Positions 27,949 through 36,862 of a stretch of DNA of 64,000 nucleotides are shown piece after piece. The notes under the pieces were generated by a model. The model saw nothing but the letters and a program-made list of their open reading frames with translations, searched no databases and was not told where the DNA came from. This DNA is from Polyangiales bacterium (GTDB lineage Bacteria; Myxococcota_A; Polyangia; Polyangiales; Ga0077539). The position numbers and the translations under genes are program-made. The stretch lies in assembly GCA_044229975.1 (NCBI GenBank), contig JBGARZ010000025.1:1-64000 (forward strand). The letters run 5' to 3'. How positions within the stretch are numbered: the first letter of the stretch is position 1; every line of letters starts with the position of its first letter.

Positions 27949-29312
27949 GGGCACTCCGTGGGCGTGGTGGGTGTCGTTGGTCGCTGCTTCCCGGGCGCGC
28001 GGCGAGTGCTGACGAGCCCCGCGGTCAACGCCATCACCGCCGCGACGCCGAGGCCGACGCGCGGCGCGACGTCGATGGGCAACCGTGTGAACAGCAACGC
28101 CATCAGCACGGCGCCGAGGGTCTGACCGGTGAGGCGCGCGGTGCCCTGCATACCGCCGGCGGCGCCGCTGCGCGCGGTCGGCGCGGACAGGAACATGTTG
28201 CGGTTGTTGGGCACCTGAAACAGCCCGAAGCCCGCACCGCACAGCACGACAAACGGGACCAGCGCGTGCGGTCGCCCGGCGAGCGGATACAGCGCCGCGC
28301 CCGCGAGCCCGATCGCCAGCACGCTGCCCCCGATGGCACACAGCCAGGCGCCCGAGATGCGGTCTGTGAGTCGCCCCGCGAAGGGCGCGACGAGCGCGAC
28401 CGTCAAGGGCCACGGCGTGATGAGGAGTCCGGTGTGCAGCGCGTCCTGGCCGAGCGCGTGTTGCAGGTAGAACGGCAGCGACACCATCGCCGCGCCCTGC
28501 CCGATGAAGCAGCACGCCGACGCGATGACGGAGGTGCGGAAGGACGCGTCGCGCAGGAGGTCGAGCGGGACGAGCGGCGCCACGCGCGGCAGCTCGCGGC
28601 GCACCAGGGCGACCATGCTGATCGCGGCTGCGGTGAGGGTGACCGTCGCGACGGCGGGGCGCTCCACCAGGAGCTCGGCGCCGACGATCAGGGCCGCGAA
28701 GGCGGATGCGTTGAGGGCGACGCTGACGGGGTCGAGCGGGCGCGAGCTGCCCGGCACGGACGGGAGCGCGCGCGTCGCCAGCAGCACCAGGGCGCCGAGG
28801 GGCAGGTTGACGGCGAACAGCCAGGGCCAGCTCGCCGCCGACAGGATCAACGCGGCGACCGAGGGACCAGCCGCGGAGGCGAGCGCGACGGCGAGGGCGT
28901 TCCAGCCGATGGCGGCGCCGAGCTGGTGTTGTGGGACCGCGGAGCGCAGGAGCGCGACGCCCAGCGACATGATGGCGGCGCCGCCGAGGCCCTGTACGAA
29001 GCGCGCTGCGACCAGAAACGACAGCGACGGGGCGAACGCGCACAACGCCGACGCGCCGGTGAACAGGGCGATGCCGACCGCGTACACGCGGCGATGACCG
29101 AGGCTCTCGCCGAGCGCGGCGCACGGCAGCAGCGCCATCACGAGCGCCATCTGGTAGGCCGTGACCACGCGCACCGAGACGGCGGGCGTCACCGCGAGCG
29201 AGCGCGCGATGGCGGGCAGCGCGACGTTGGCGATCGCGGCGTCGAGCACCACCAGGACGATCGCCGCGAGCACACAGGCGACGGCGATCGCACGGCGCAC
29301 GGACGCGCTCAC
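27945..29312 (-). CDS. MFS drug efflux transporter (DHA2-like)
   Basis: VLDAAIANVALP, ARFVQGLGGA, many TM helices; coupled overlaps at both ends. Confidence 0.9.
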   Translation of the reverse strand: MSASVRRAIAVACVLAAIVLVVLDAAIANVALPAIARSLAVTPAVSVRVVTAYQMALVMALLPCAALGESLGHRRVYAVGIALFTGASALCAFAPSLSFLVAARFVQGLGGAAIMSLGVALLRSAVPQHQLGAAIGWNALAVALASAAGPSVAALILSAASWPWLFAVNLPLGALVLLATRALPSVPGSSRPLDPVSVALNASAFAALIVGAELLVERPAVATVTLTAAAISMVALVRRELPRVAPLVPLDLLRDASFRTSVIASACCFIGQGAAMVSLPFYLQHALGQDALHTGLLITPWPLTVALVAPFAGRLTDRISGAWLCAIGGSVLAIGLAGAALYPLAGRPHALVPFVVLCGAGFGLFQVPNNRNMFLSAPTARSGAAGGMQGTARLTGQTLGAVLMALLFTRLPIDVAPRVGLGVAAVMALTAGLVSTRRAPGKQRPTTPTTPTECP

Positions 29313-29851
29313 TTCGGCCCCACGGTCCAGACGCCTCCGCGCTCGACGTAGCGGGTGATGAGCCGCGACTCCTCGTCGCTCTTCAGGTCGCGCGCGGTGA
29401 ACCGGAACAGCAGCGAGGCTTCGCCCAGGCAGCGCGTGTCGTGGATGTCGCCCGGCAGGTAGATGCGCGCCTCGCCCGCGCGCAGGGTCGACGCGTCGCG
29501 CTGGACGAGGCGGACCCGCCCGTCGGGGTCTTCCACCCGCGCGAAGGTTCCGATCTCCATCGCGCCCCGTTGCAGCGCGTAGACCACCCAGTTGCGCCCG
29601 TGGTCGTGGGGCGGGCGGTAGAGGTGCGCGGGCTCGGTGTGCGCGAGCAGCACGAAGCCGTGGGTCGGGTCGCGGTAGATCTCCTTCGACGCGGGCGCCT
29701 CCTGATGCAGCGCGGCCAGCCACGGTTCGGCGCCGGGTGCCCTCGCGAGCTGTTCGAGCTGCGCGCGGACGGCGGCGACCACCTCGGTGGTGAGCGGACC
29801 AAACACGGCGAGGGTCTCTGCGATGAAGGCGGCGAGAGCATGGTCGGTCAT
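29309..29851 (-). CDS. cupin / cysteine dioxygenase-like protein
   Basis: RPPHDHG...GDIHDT metal-binding cupin motifs. Confidence 0.7.
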   Translation of the reverse strand: MTDHALAAFIAETLAVFGPLTTEVVAAVRAQLEQLARAPGAEPWLAALHQEAPASKEIYRDPTHGFVLLAHTEPAHLYRPPHDHGRNWVVYALQRGAMEIGTFARVEDPDGRVRLVQRDASTLRAGEARIYLPGDIHDTRCLGEASLLFRFTARDLKSDEESRLITRYVERGGVWTVGPK

Positions 29852-29992
29852 GGGCTTCTCCTTCGGCTCGTCTGCGTCGAGCGCACGCCCCACAGATACG
29901 ATCGCGCCGACCATGGCGGAACGCGCATCGGTTGCAGGTGACCAGTGCGCTAGACGCCGTGTCACGAGCGGAGGCTCTGGTAGCCTGATCGC

Positions 29993-30955
29993 ATGGCGGA
30001 CCCCGACCTGAACCTGCTGGTGACCCTCGGCGTGTTGTTGGAAGAGGGCAGCGTCGCGGGCGCGGCGCGACGGCTACGGCTGAGCGCATCGGCGATGAGC
30101 CGCGCGTTGTCGCGCCTGCGCGAGACGGTCAGCGACCCGCTACTGGTGCGGTCGGGGCGCGGACTGGTGCCGACGCCGCGCGCGGTCGAGCTGCGTACGC
30201 GGGTCGGCCCATTGGTGCAGGAGGTCTACGGCGTGCTGCGTCCCGCCGAGGCGCTCGACCTCGCTCGCCTTGTGCGCGCGTTCACGCTGCGGACCACCGA
30301 GGGCTTCGTGGAGAGTGTCGGCCCGGCGCTCATCGCTCGCACCCAACGCGAAGCGCCGGGCGTGCAGCTGCGCTTCCTCCCGAAGGCCGACAAGGACAGC
30401 AGGCTGTTGCGCGAAGGCGTCGTCGACCTGGAGACGGGTGTCGTGAACCAGGAGACCAGCCCCGAGCTACGCACCCAGGCGCTGTTTCGAGACCGCTACA
30501 TCGGCGTGGTGCGCGGGGGGCATCCACTCGCTCGGGGCAAGGTGACGCTCGCGCGTTACGTGAAGGGAAGGCACGTGTTGTTTTCGCGCGAGGGCCACGC
30601 GCGGGGGAGGGTCGACGACGTGTTGGTCACGCTCGGGCTCACGCGCGAGATCGTCACCGTCGTCGGAGGCTTCGCGACCGCGCTCTCGCTGGCGCGCGCG
30701 TCTGACCTCATCGCGAGCGTCCCCGAGCGACACACCGCCACGCTGCGCGACGGCATGGTGAGCTTCGCACTGCCGTTCGCGGCGCCCGAGATCACCGTCT
30801 CCATGCTGTGGCACCCGCGGCTCGACGCCGAACCCGCGCATCGCTGGCTGCGCGGCTGCCTGCGTGAGGTGATCGCGGCGGGCGAGGGCGTGACCCATTC
30901 GGTGAACAGCCGCGCGTCGCGCAGCAAGCCAGCAAGCGCACGCAGGAGGCGCTGA
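29993..30955 (+). CDS. LysR-family transcriptional regulator
   Basis: DLNLLVTL...SVAGAARRLRLSASAMSRALSRLRE; divergent from the cupin-MFS-oxidoreductase operon. Confidence 0.95.
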   Translation: MADPDLNLLVTLGVLLEEGSVAGAARRLRLSASAMSRALSRLRETVSDPLLVRSGRGLVPTPRAVELRTRVGPLVQEVYGVLRPAEALDLARLVRAFTLRTTEGFVESVGPALIARTQREAPGVQLRFLPKADKDSRLLREGVVDLETGVVNQETSPELRTQALFRDRYIGVVRGGHPLARGKVTLARYVKGRHVLFSREGHARGRVDDVLVTLGLTREIVTVVGGFATALSLARASDLIASVPERHTATLRDGMVSFALPFAAPEITVSMLWHPRLDAEPAHRWLRGCLREVIAAGEGVTHSVNSRASRSKPASARRRR

Positions 30956-30957
30956 GA

Positions 30958-32337
30958 TCAGCCCTTCGCCCCGTCATCGGACTCCTCGGCGAGCCACTTC
31001 GCGAGGGTCTTCATGTCGATCCCGAGGCGATCGGCGGTGCGCGTCCGGTGCCCGCCGAGCTGCTCCAGGGCCCAGGCGGCGTAGCGGCGTTGCAGCTCGC
31101 GCACGGGAACGATCTCGCCCTGAAACGGCACCCGCGTGATCGGCGAGTCCGACAAGACCACGGCAGGCAGGTCCGACGGACCGAGGTCCGCGGTGCGCCC
31201 AAGCAGCACGCCGCGCTCGATGAGGTGGGCCAGCTCCCGGAGGTTGCCCGGGAAGCGGTACTCGGCCAGACGCTCCATGGTTTCTGTGGAGACGTGACGG
31301 ACCACCGACCCGGGGTACCGGGTCACGGCGAGCCGGAGGAAGTGCTCGGTGAGCAGCGGCAGGTCGTAGACCCGCGCTCGCAGCGGAGGGAGCTCGATGG
31401 TCACCACGTCCAATCGGTAGAAGAGGTCCTCGCGGAACCGCCCCGCCTGCACGTCCTGGCGCAGGTTGCGGTGCGTCGCCGCAAGCACCCGCACGTCCAC
31501 CACGCGCTCCTTGCTGTCGCCCAACGGGCGCACGACCCCGCGTTCGAGCACGTCGAGGAGCTTGGCCTGGAGCGCCGGGGTCATCTCCCCGATCTCGTCG
31601 AGGAACAGCGTCCCGCCGTGAGCTTCCGCGAAGAGGCCGGCGCGGTTTGCGGTCGCCCCCGTGAAGGCACCCTTGATGTGTCCGAACAGCTCACTCTCCA
31701 GCAGCGCCTCGGGGAGCGCCGCGCAGTTGACCGTCACGAAGGGGCTCGACGCCCGGCGACTCTCGGTGTGCAGGGCGCGCGCGACGAGCCCTTTGCCCGT
31801 GCCGGTCTCGCCCGTGATGAGCACCGAGGCGCTGGTGTCCGCGACGCGCTCCATCACATCGCGCACTGCGCGCATCGCGGCGCTCTCGCCGAGCAAGGTC
31901 GTCGCGGCGAAACGGTCGCGCAGGGTGCGTCGCAGCGCCGCGGCTTCACGGCGAACGCTGACGTCGTCGAGCCCACGCCGCAGGAAGATGATCAGCTCGT
32001 CGAGCCGGAAGGGCTTGGTGAGGTAGTGGTAGGCCCCGAGCCGGATCGACTCCACGGCGGTGTCGATGGCCCCGTAGGCCGTCATCACGATCACGGGCCG
32101 CTGCGGCGCCAGGCGTCGTGACTCTGCGAGCAGAGACAGTCCGTCGATCCCCTCCATGCGCAGGTCGGTCACGAGCGCGTCGATCGGCCCGCGCTCCAGG
32201 CGCTCGACCGCGTCGCGCCCGGAACTCATGGCCGTCGCCTGAAAGCCCCGGTCGTTGAGGCCCTCGGCGAGTGTCTCGGCGAGGTCCAGCTCGTCGTCCA
32301 CGACGAGCACATGGATGGGTGGATCAGGCGATGGCAT
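30958..32337 (-). CDS. NtrC-family sigma54-dependent response regulator
   Basis: REC domain (VLVVDD, TDLRM), [20 protein letters not shown], Fis HTH. Confidence 0.95.
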   Translation of the reverse strand: MPSPDPPIHVLVVDDELDLAETLAEGLNDRGFQATAMSSGRDAVERLERGPIDALVTDLRMEGIDGLSLLAESRRLAPQRPVIVMTAYGAIDTAVESIRLGAYHYLTKPFRLDELIIFLRRGLDDVSVRREAAALRRTLRDRFAATTLLGESAAMRAVRDVMERVADTSASVLITGETGTGKGLVARALHTESRRASSPFVTVNCAALPEALLESELFGHIKGAFTGATANRAGLFAEAHGGTLFLDEIGEMTPALQAKLLDVLERGVVRPLGDSKERVVDVRVLAATHRNLRQDVQAGRFREDLFYRLDVVTIELPPLRARVYDLPLLTEHFLRLAVTRYPGSVVRHVSTETMERLAEYRFPGNLRELAHLIERGVLLGRTADLGPSDLPAVVLSDSPITRVPFQGEIVPVRELQRRYAAWALEQLGGHRTRTADRLGIDMKTLAKWLAEESDDGAKG

Positions 32338-33757
32338 CGACGGCTCCTGGGGCGACGGGCAGGCGGACGGTGGCACGCGTGCCACGCGGATCGCGGGGAG
32401 CGAGGACGAGCGTGCCGCGGTGGATCTTGACGATCTCCCTCGCGATCGCGAGCCCGAGGCCGGTGCCCTGTCCGGCGGGCTTGGTGCTGAAAAAGGGCTC
32501 GGTCACCCGCGCCATGAGGTCGGGGCTGATGCCGGTCCCGTCGTCATCGACCTCGAAGCAAGCCTCCCCACCGCCTGCTCCGAGAGCGGCCGTGAAGGAC
32601 ACCTGGCCACCCGTCTCGCAGGCGTCGCAGGCGTTGAGCAGAAGGTTGATGAGCGCGTGTTCGAGCAGGCGACGGTCGCCCTGCACGGGGCCGAGATCGG
32701 ACGGTGCCTTCGTCGTGAGAGCGACCCCGGCCTTGGCAAAGCGGTGCTCCACGAGCGAGGCGGCATCCTGCATCATCGCCGCCGGATCGATTCGTTCGAG
32801 GGACGGCCGGTCACCGCGCGCGAAGCGGAGGAACCCGCGGACGACGCCGTCGATGCGCGACGACTGGTCGAGGATGCGTTGCAGGGCGTGGGCGGTGCGC
32901 GGGTCGCCGCGGAGCCGGTCGAGGAGCTGCTCAGCGCGACCGTGGATCACGCTGAGGGGCGTCGAGATCTCGTGCGCGACGCCCGCGGCGAGCGTGAGCA
33001 TGGTGACGGCGCGGCCCTCGCGTTCGAGCTGTTCGTCGCGCTGCTGTTCGAGTTCGGTGAGCGTCAGCTCGCGGAGCAGGGAGAGTTCCTTGCGCTCCGA
33101 CCGGAGGGCGAAGCCCCCGAACACGAGCACCAACACGCCGCTCAGGGCCACGCCGAACATCAGCCGCCAACGCGCACGCGCTTCGCGGTCCCGTTCGGAC
33201 GCCGCGCTCGCGACTACCGCGACGTCCCACCGACCCTGTGCGCCCGCGTCGGCCGATGCGAAGCCAGCGACGGCGATGCGCCTGGGCAACCGGAGCGCAG
33301 CGGCCTGCGAGCGCGTCAGCCGGGTCGAGGCGCGGGATCGCGTGACGGACTCCTGGAGAGGTTCGCTCTCGAAGCGTCGCCCGGTCGCAGTCTGAAAGAG
33401 GGCCTCGCCAGGCGGACGCAGCGCCACCAGGACATCGGCGCCGACGGTGAGCCCGTGGAGCAGCACTTCCGCACTTGGGATCAGCCCTGGACGTCCTGGG
33501 CTTTGGGGTGCCTGGAGGCGCGCGGCGATGGTTGCGGCGACCAGGGATGCGAGCGTGACCTGTTGTTGTTCGGCGACGGCTAGCATCGCCTCCGCTTCAC
33601 GGTTCTGATCCCATAGTCCGAGAGCCGCCACCGCGACGACGGAGAGCACCATCAGTCCACCGAGCCACGAACGCCGCGCGATCCTCCGCCGGGTGGCGAA
33701 CGCTGACCTCAACCTCACGGTTTGGTCCGTGGCATCGGATGCATGCTCGGTTCTCAC
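32324..33757 (-). CDS. membrane sensor histidine kinase
   Basis: Two TM segments, AHEISTPL H-box, NACDA N-box, DDDGTG, PFFSTK, GTGLGL; start uncertain. Confidence 0.9.
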   Translation of the reverse strand: MRTEHASDATDQTVRLRSAFATRRRIARRSWLGGLMVLSVVAVAALGLWDQNREAEAMLAVAEQQQVTLASLVAATIAARLQAPQSPGRPGLIPSAEVLLHGLTVGADVLVALRPPGEALFQTATGRRFESEPLQESVTRSRASTRLTRSQAAALRLPRRIAVAGFASADAGAQGRWDVAVVASAASERDREARARWRLMFGVALSGVLVLVFGGFALRSERKELSLLRELTLTELEQQRDEQLEREGRAVTMLTLAAGVAHEISTPLSVIHGRAEQLLDRLRGDPRTAHALQRILDQSSRIDGVVRGFLRFARGDRPSLERIDPAAMMQDAASLVEHRFAKAGVALTTKAPSDLGPVQGDRRLLEHALINLLLNACDACETGGQVSFTAALGAGGGEACFEVDDDGTGISPDLMARVTEPFFSTKPAGQGTGLGLAIAREIVKIHRGTLVLAPRDPRGTRATVRLPVAPGAVDAIA

Positions 33758-33822
33758 GTCGCAAGGTTCGTACCCCCGAACGGACGCGACGACACCATGG
33801 CCTCACCTACGCCCGCACCCCG

Positions 33823-33838
33823 CGGTATCGCGCTTGCT
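33823..33838 (+). promoter_or_regulatory. sigma54 -24/-12 promoter
   Basis: CGGTAT-CGCGC-TTGCT (GG-N10-GC) about 50 bp upstream of the single-domain response regulator. Confidence 0.6.
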
Positions 33839-33888
33839 CTGGCTGACGGCTCCTCTATGTCCATCCCAGTCGTTCCCATCGCGCGCGC

Positions 33889-34275
33889 ATGAACGCCGCG
33901 AGCAAGATCATCCTCGTCGTCGATGACGACGAGAACTTCAACGCCCTCACCTGCCTTCGACTGTCGCGAGACGGCTATCAGCCCGTCGGGGTGCCCGACG
34001 CACCTGCTGCGTTCGCGAGCCTCCGAGAGCAACGCCCGGCGCTCATCCTGCTCGACATCGGGTTGCCAGGAATGGACGGTTGGGAGGTCTGCCGAACCCT
34101 CGCCACCGATGCGACGTGGCGGGACATCCCAATCGTGATCTTTACGGGCAAGGGCGCGCGCGAGGACTTCGATCGGGGCCGGAGCTTCCCCAACGTCTGC
34201 GGGTACTTCGTCAAGCCGTACACCGCCGAGGACGTCATCCAGCACATCGCGCGCGTGCTCAAAGCGCAGAGATGA
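33889..34275 (+). CDS. single-domain response regulator (CheY-like)
   Basis: ILVVDDD, LLDIGLPGMDG, FTG, KPY. Confidence 0.92.
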   Translation: MNAASKIILVVDDDENFNALTCLRLSRDGYQPVGVPDAPAAFASLREQRPALILLDIGLPGMDGWEVCRTLATDATWRDIPIVIFTGKGAREDFDRGRSFPNVCGYFVKPYTAEDVIQHIARVLKAQR

Positions 34276-34287
34276 ACCATTGCGACT

Positions 34288-34380
34288 CGGAGTTTCTCCG
34301 ACGACGCACGGAAAAAGTCCCTGCGGTCGTCGTCCCGCGTCGGCGCAGCGTCTCAGCGCGCTCGCGGTATGGAGCGTGCT
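34288..34380 (+). promoter_or_regulatory. paired CGGA-N5-TCCG boxes plus sigma54 promoter
   Basis: CGGAGTTTCTCCG (34288), CGGAAAAAGTCCC (34309), then CGGTAT-GGAGC-GTGCT (GG 34366, GC 34378). Confidence 0.65.
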
Positions 34381-34393
34381 GTCCGAGCGAGCG

Positions 34394-34585
34394 ATGTCTG
34401 TCCCGGACTCCACACCCGCCCCATCGGCTCTCGCTCGCCGCCCGCTGCGTGTGCTGGTGCCTGGCCTCGTCTGGTGCGCGATTGCGATCCTGGCGTTTCT
34501 ACTGCTGGTGGTAGCCAGTGGTCCGCCGTCGGGGGAGATTCCGGGACCAGAGCCGTCGCAGCATCGCGTCGCGGGCGAGCGATGA
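34394..34585 (+). CDS. small single-TM membrane protein
   Basis: 63 aa with one hydrophobic helix; stop overlaps the ClC start (ATGA). Confidence 0.5.
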   Translation: MSVPDSTPAPSALARRPLRVLVPGLVWCAIAILAFLLLVVASGPPSGEIPGPEPSQHRVAGER

Positions 34586-36630
34586 CCGAGCTGCGGGCGC
34601 AGCGACCGCTCGTCGGTACGGTCGGAGCCCCGTGGGGCGAACGGATCGCCTTCGCCATCGCCATCGTCGTCGTGGGTGCGCTCGGGGCGGCCTTCGCGAT
34701 CGGCTTTCGCATCGGCCTGCGCGGGGGATTCATCACGCTGCTCGGGGGCGAGAACGTGCTTGTGGCCTTCGGTCGCCTGCCCCTCGTGATGAGGGTGCTG
34801 CTCCCCGCGCTCGGTGGGTTGGCCGCCGGTCTCGTGAGCGACCTCGCGGCGCGCCGATCGGGCTATGGCGTCGGAGAGGTCCTCGAAGCGGTCACCGTTG
34901 GTCGAGGGCAGCTCTCCCTGTCGGCCTGCCTTTGGAAGAGTGCGGCGTCCTTCCTCGCGATCGTGACGGGAGGCTCGCTCGGGCGCGAGGGCTCCATCAT
35001 CCAGTTTGGCGCGGGGGCTGGATCTCTCGTGGGCCATCGCATGGGACTGACCGCGACCCACGCCCGGGCTCTCATCGCGGTCGGAACAGGCGCGGGCTTC
35101 GCGGCGGCCTACAACACCCCCATCGCGGCAGTGCTGTTCGTGGTCGAAGTGGTCCTCGGCGTGGCCACGCTCGACGTGGTCCTACCGGTGGTTGTCGGTA
35201 CGGTGGTCGCGACGGGTCTCACGCGCGCCGCACTGGGTGGTGGGCCGATCTACGGGGTCCGTGCGTTTGCCCTCCTCTCGTCGTGGGAGCTGCTGGCGTA
35301 CCTGGCGCTCGGCCTCGCCGCGGGAGGACTCGGTCCGGTCTTCCTCGAAGCACTCGCCGGCGGCGAGCGGGTCTTCCGGTCGATGAGCGCCTCACGGGCC
35401 GTTCGTGGAGCGTTGGGTGGCCTCGGCGTGGGTCTGCTCGCGTCGAAGCTCCCCGAGGTGACGGGCAACGGCTTCGAGGCGATTCATCTCATCCTCGACG
35501 CTCGCGTCGCGACGGGCTTCCTCGCGCTCCTCCTCGTGAGCAAAGGACTCGCGACAGTCTCATCGGTCGGTTCTGGGAGCCCTGGCGGAGTGTTCACTCC
35601 GACGCTGTTCCTGGGCGCCGCGCTCGGCAGCCTCGTGGGTCACGGCGCGCACGCGCTCCCAGGTGTGTTTGGCGCAGGCGTGGTGCCCGAGGGCTACGCG
35701 CTCGTCGGGATGGCGGCGCTCGCCGCGGCGACCACCCACGCGCCCGTGATGGCGTGCGTGCTGGTGTTCGAGCTCTCCGGTGACTACGCGATCGTGCTCC
35801 CGCTCCTGCTCGCGACCGCCGTTGCGACCTCGGTCGCGCGCCTGTTGCGCCCTTCCTCGGTCTACACCGACGAACTCCGACGGCGCGGCGTGGCGTGGGA
35901 GGGGAGCATCACCGAGCGCCTCGCGCGGGCGGTGCGCGCCCGTGACGTTCTCGAAATGGACCCGCCGACTGTCCCCGCAGACGCGCCGATCGAACGCGCC
36001 CTGACGCTGCTCCACGCGAGCCGCGGGAGACGGGTGTACGTCCTCGACGGGACGACCATCCGGGCCATCGACCTGCACCTCGCGCACGACCTATGGGTCG
36101 AGGCCGCCACCGGCGGGGGGGCGGTCCTCGACCGGACGGCGGGCTCGCTCGCGGTGCCGGTGACCGTCGCGGGGGCCGACGACACGCTCTTCGAGCTCAA
36201 CGAGAAACTCTGGGGCATGGACTTCGGTGAGATCCCTGTCCGTGATCCATCGAACGCAGCGCGTGTGATGGGCGTGGTGACGCGTCGCGCGCTCCTCGGG
36301 GCCTTCGACCGCGAGCTGCTCCAGCGCGACCTCTTGCTGACGCGGGTGGTGTGGTCCGAGGGTGGGCGCGAGCGGGCGGACTACCTGGAGCTCGCCGAGG
36401 GACAGCGCGTCGAGGTGATCGCCCCGCCTGCGCACATGCTCGGCGTGAAGGCCGACGTGGGAATGCTGCGGTCGCGCTACCGGGTGACCGTCGTGGCGGT
36501 GCGGCAGGCCCTGCACCGAGAGCCCGCGTGGCGCGACCCGGAGGACTCCGAGGCACTCCGCCGCGGCGATCGGCTCCTGGTGATCGGCGATCTTGCCCGG
36601 ATCAATACACTGCGCGGAGAAGACCGATGA
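34582..36630 (+). CDS. ClC chloride channel/antiporter with CBS and TrkA-C-like domains
   Basis: GGSLGREG, AAAYNTPIAA, GGVFTPTLFLGA, ELSGDY; cytoplasmic CBS pair and RCK-C-like tail. Confidence 0.9.
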   Translation: MTELRAQRPLVGTVGAPWGERIAFAIAIVVVGALGAAFAIGFRIGLRGGFITLLGGENVLVAFGRLPLVMRVLLPALGGLAAGLVSDLAARRSGYGVGEVLEAVTVGRGQLSLSACLWKSAASFLAIVTGGSLGREGSIIQFGAGAGSLVGHRMGLTATHARALIAVGTGAGFAAAYNTPIAAVLFVVEVVLGVATLDVVLPVVVGTVVATGLTRAALGGGPIYGVRAFALLSSWELLAYLALGLAAGGLGPVFLEALAGGERVFRSMSASRAVRGALGGLGVGLLASKLPEVTGNGFEAIHLILDARVATGFLALLLVSKGLATVSSVGSGSPGGVFTPTLFLGAALGSLVGHGAHALPGVFGAGVVPEGYALVGMAALAAATTHAPVMACVLVFELSGDYAIVLPLLLATAVATSVARLLRPSSVYTDELRRRGVAWEGSITERLARAVRARDVLEMDPPTVPADAPIERALTLLHASRGRRVYVLDGTTIRAIDLHLAHDLWVEAATGGGAVLDRTAGSLAVPVTVAGADDTLFELNEKLWGMDFGEIPVRDPSNAARVMGVVTRRALLGAFDRELLQRDLLLTRVVWSEGGRERADYLELAEGQRVEVIAPPAHMLGVKADVGMLRSRYRVTVVAVRQALHREPAWRDPEDSEALRRGDRLLVIGDLARINTLRGEDR

Positions 36631-36694
36631 CGAGAGACCAGTCGATGTCGAACGGGGCCGTTGTTTGCGAGCCGCACCCACGACGGAGGCGCCG

Positions 36695-36856
36695 ATGAGT
36701 GACGTCGTGCCCCCCGCGGAGAAGCCTCGCTCCCTGTGGCGGTCGTTGAAGGAGGACGCGACGTTCCGCGCGACCTTTCTCGCAGTCTTCGTCGTCCCTG
36801 CGCTGCTCATGGCGGGGACCATCGGGTGGATCGTGCGCGCCATGGCCTTGCGCTGA
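36695..36856 (+). CDS. small membrane protein
   Basis: GGAGG RBS; 53 aa with a C-terminal TM helix. Confidence 0.55.
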   Translation: MSDVVPPAEKPRSLWRSLKEDATFRATFLAVFVVPALLMAGTIGWIVRAMALR

Positions 36857-36862
36857 GCGCTG

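Noticed and set aside
26980..30089. Two 714-aa ORFs suggesting fusions of oxidoreductase and MFS
   Set aside because: The extensions are Arg/Pro-rich off-frame readings of upstream genes; coupled starts at 27948 and 29312 explain them.
36539..36550. CGGAGGACTCCG as a fifth enhancer box
   Set aside because: The spacer is 4 rather than 5 nt, it lies inside the ClC coding region, and it has no partner at 21-22 bp.
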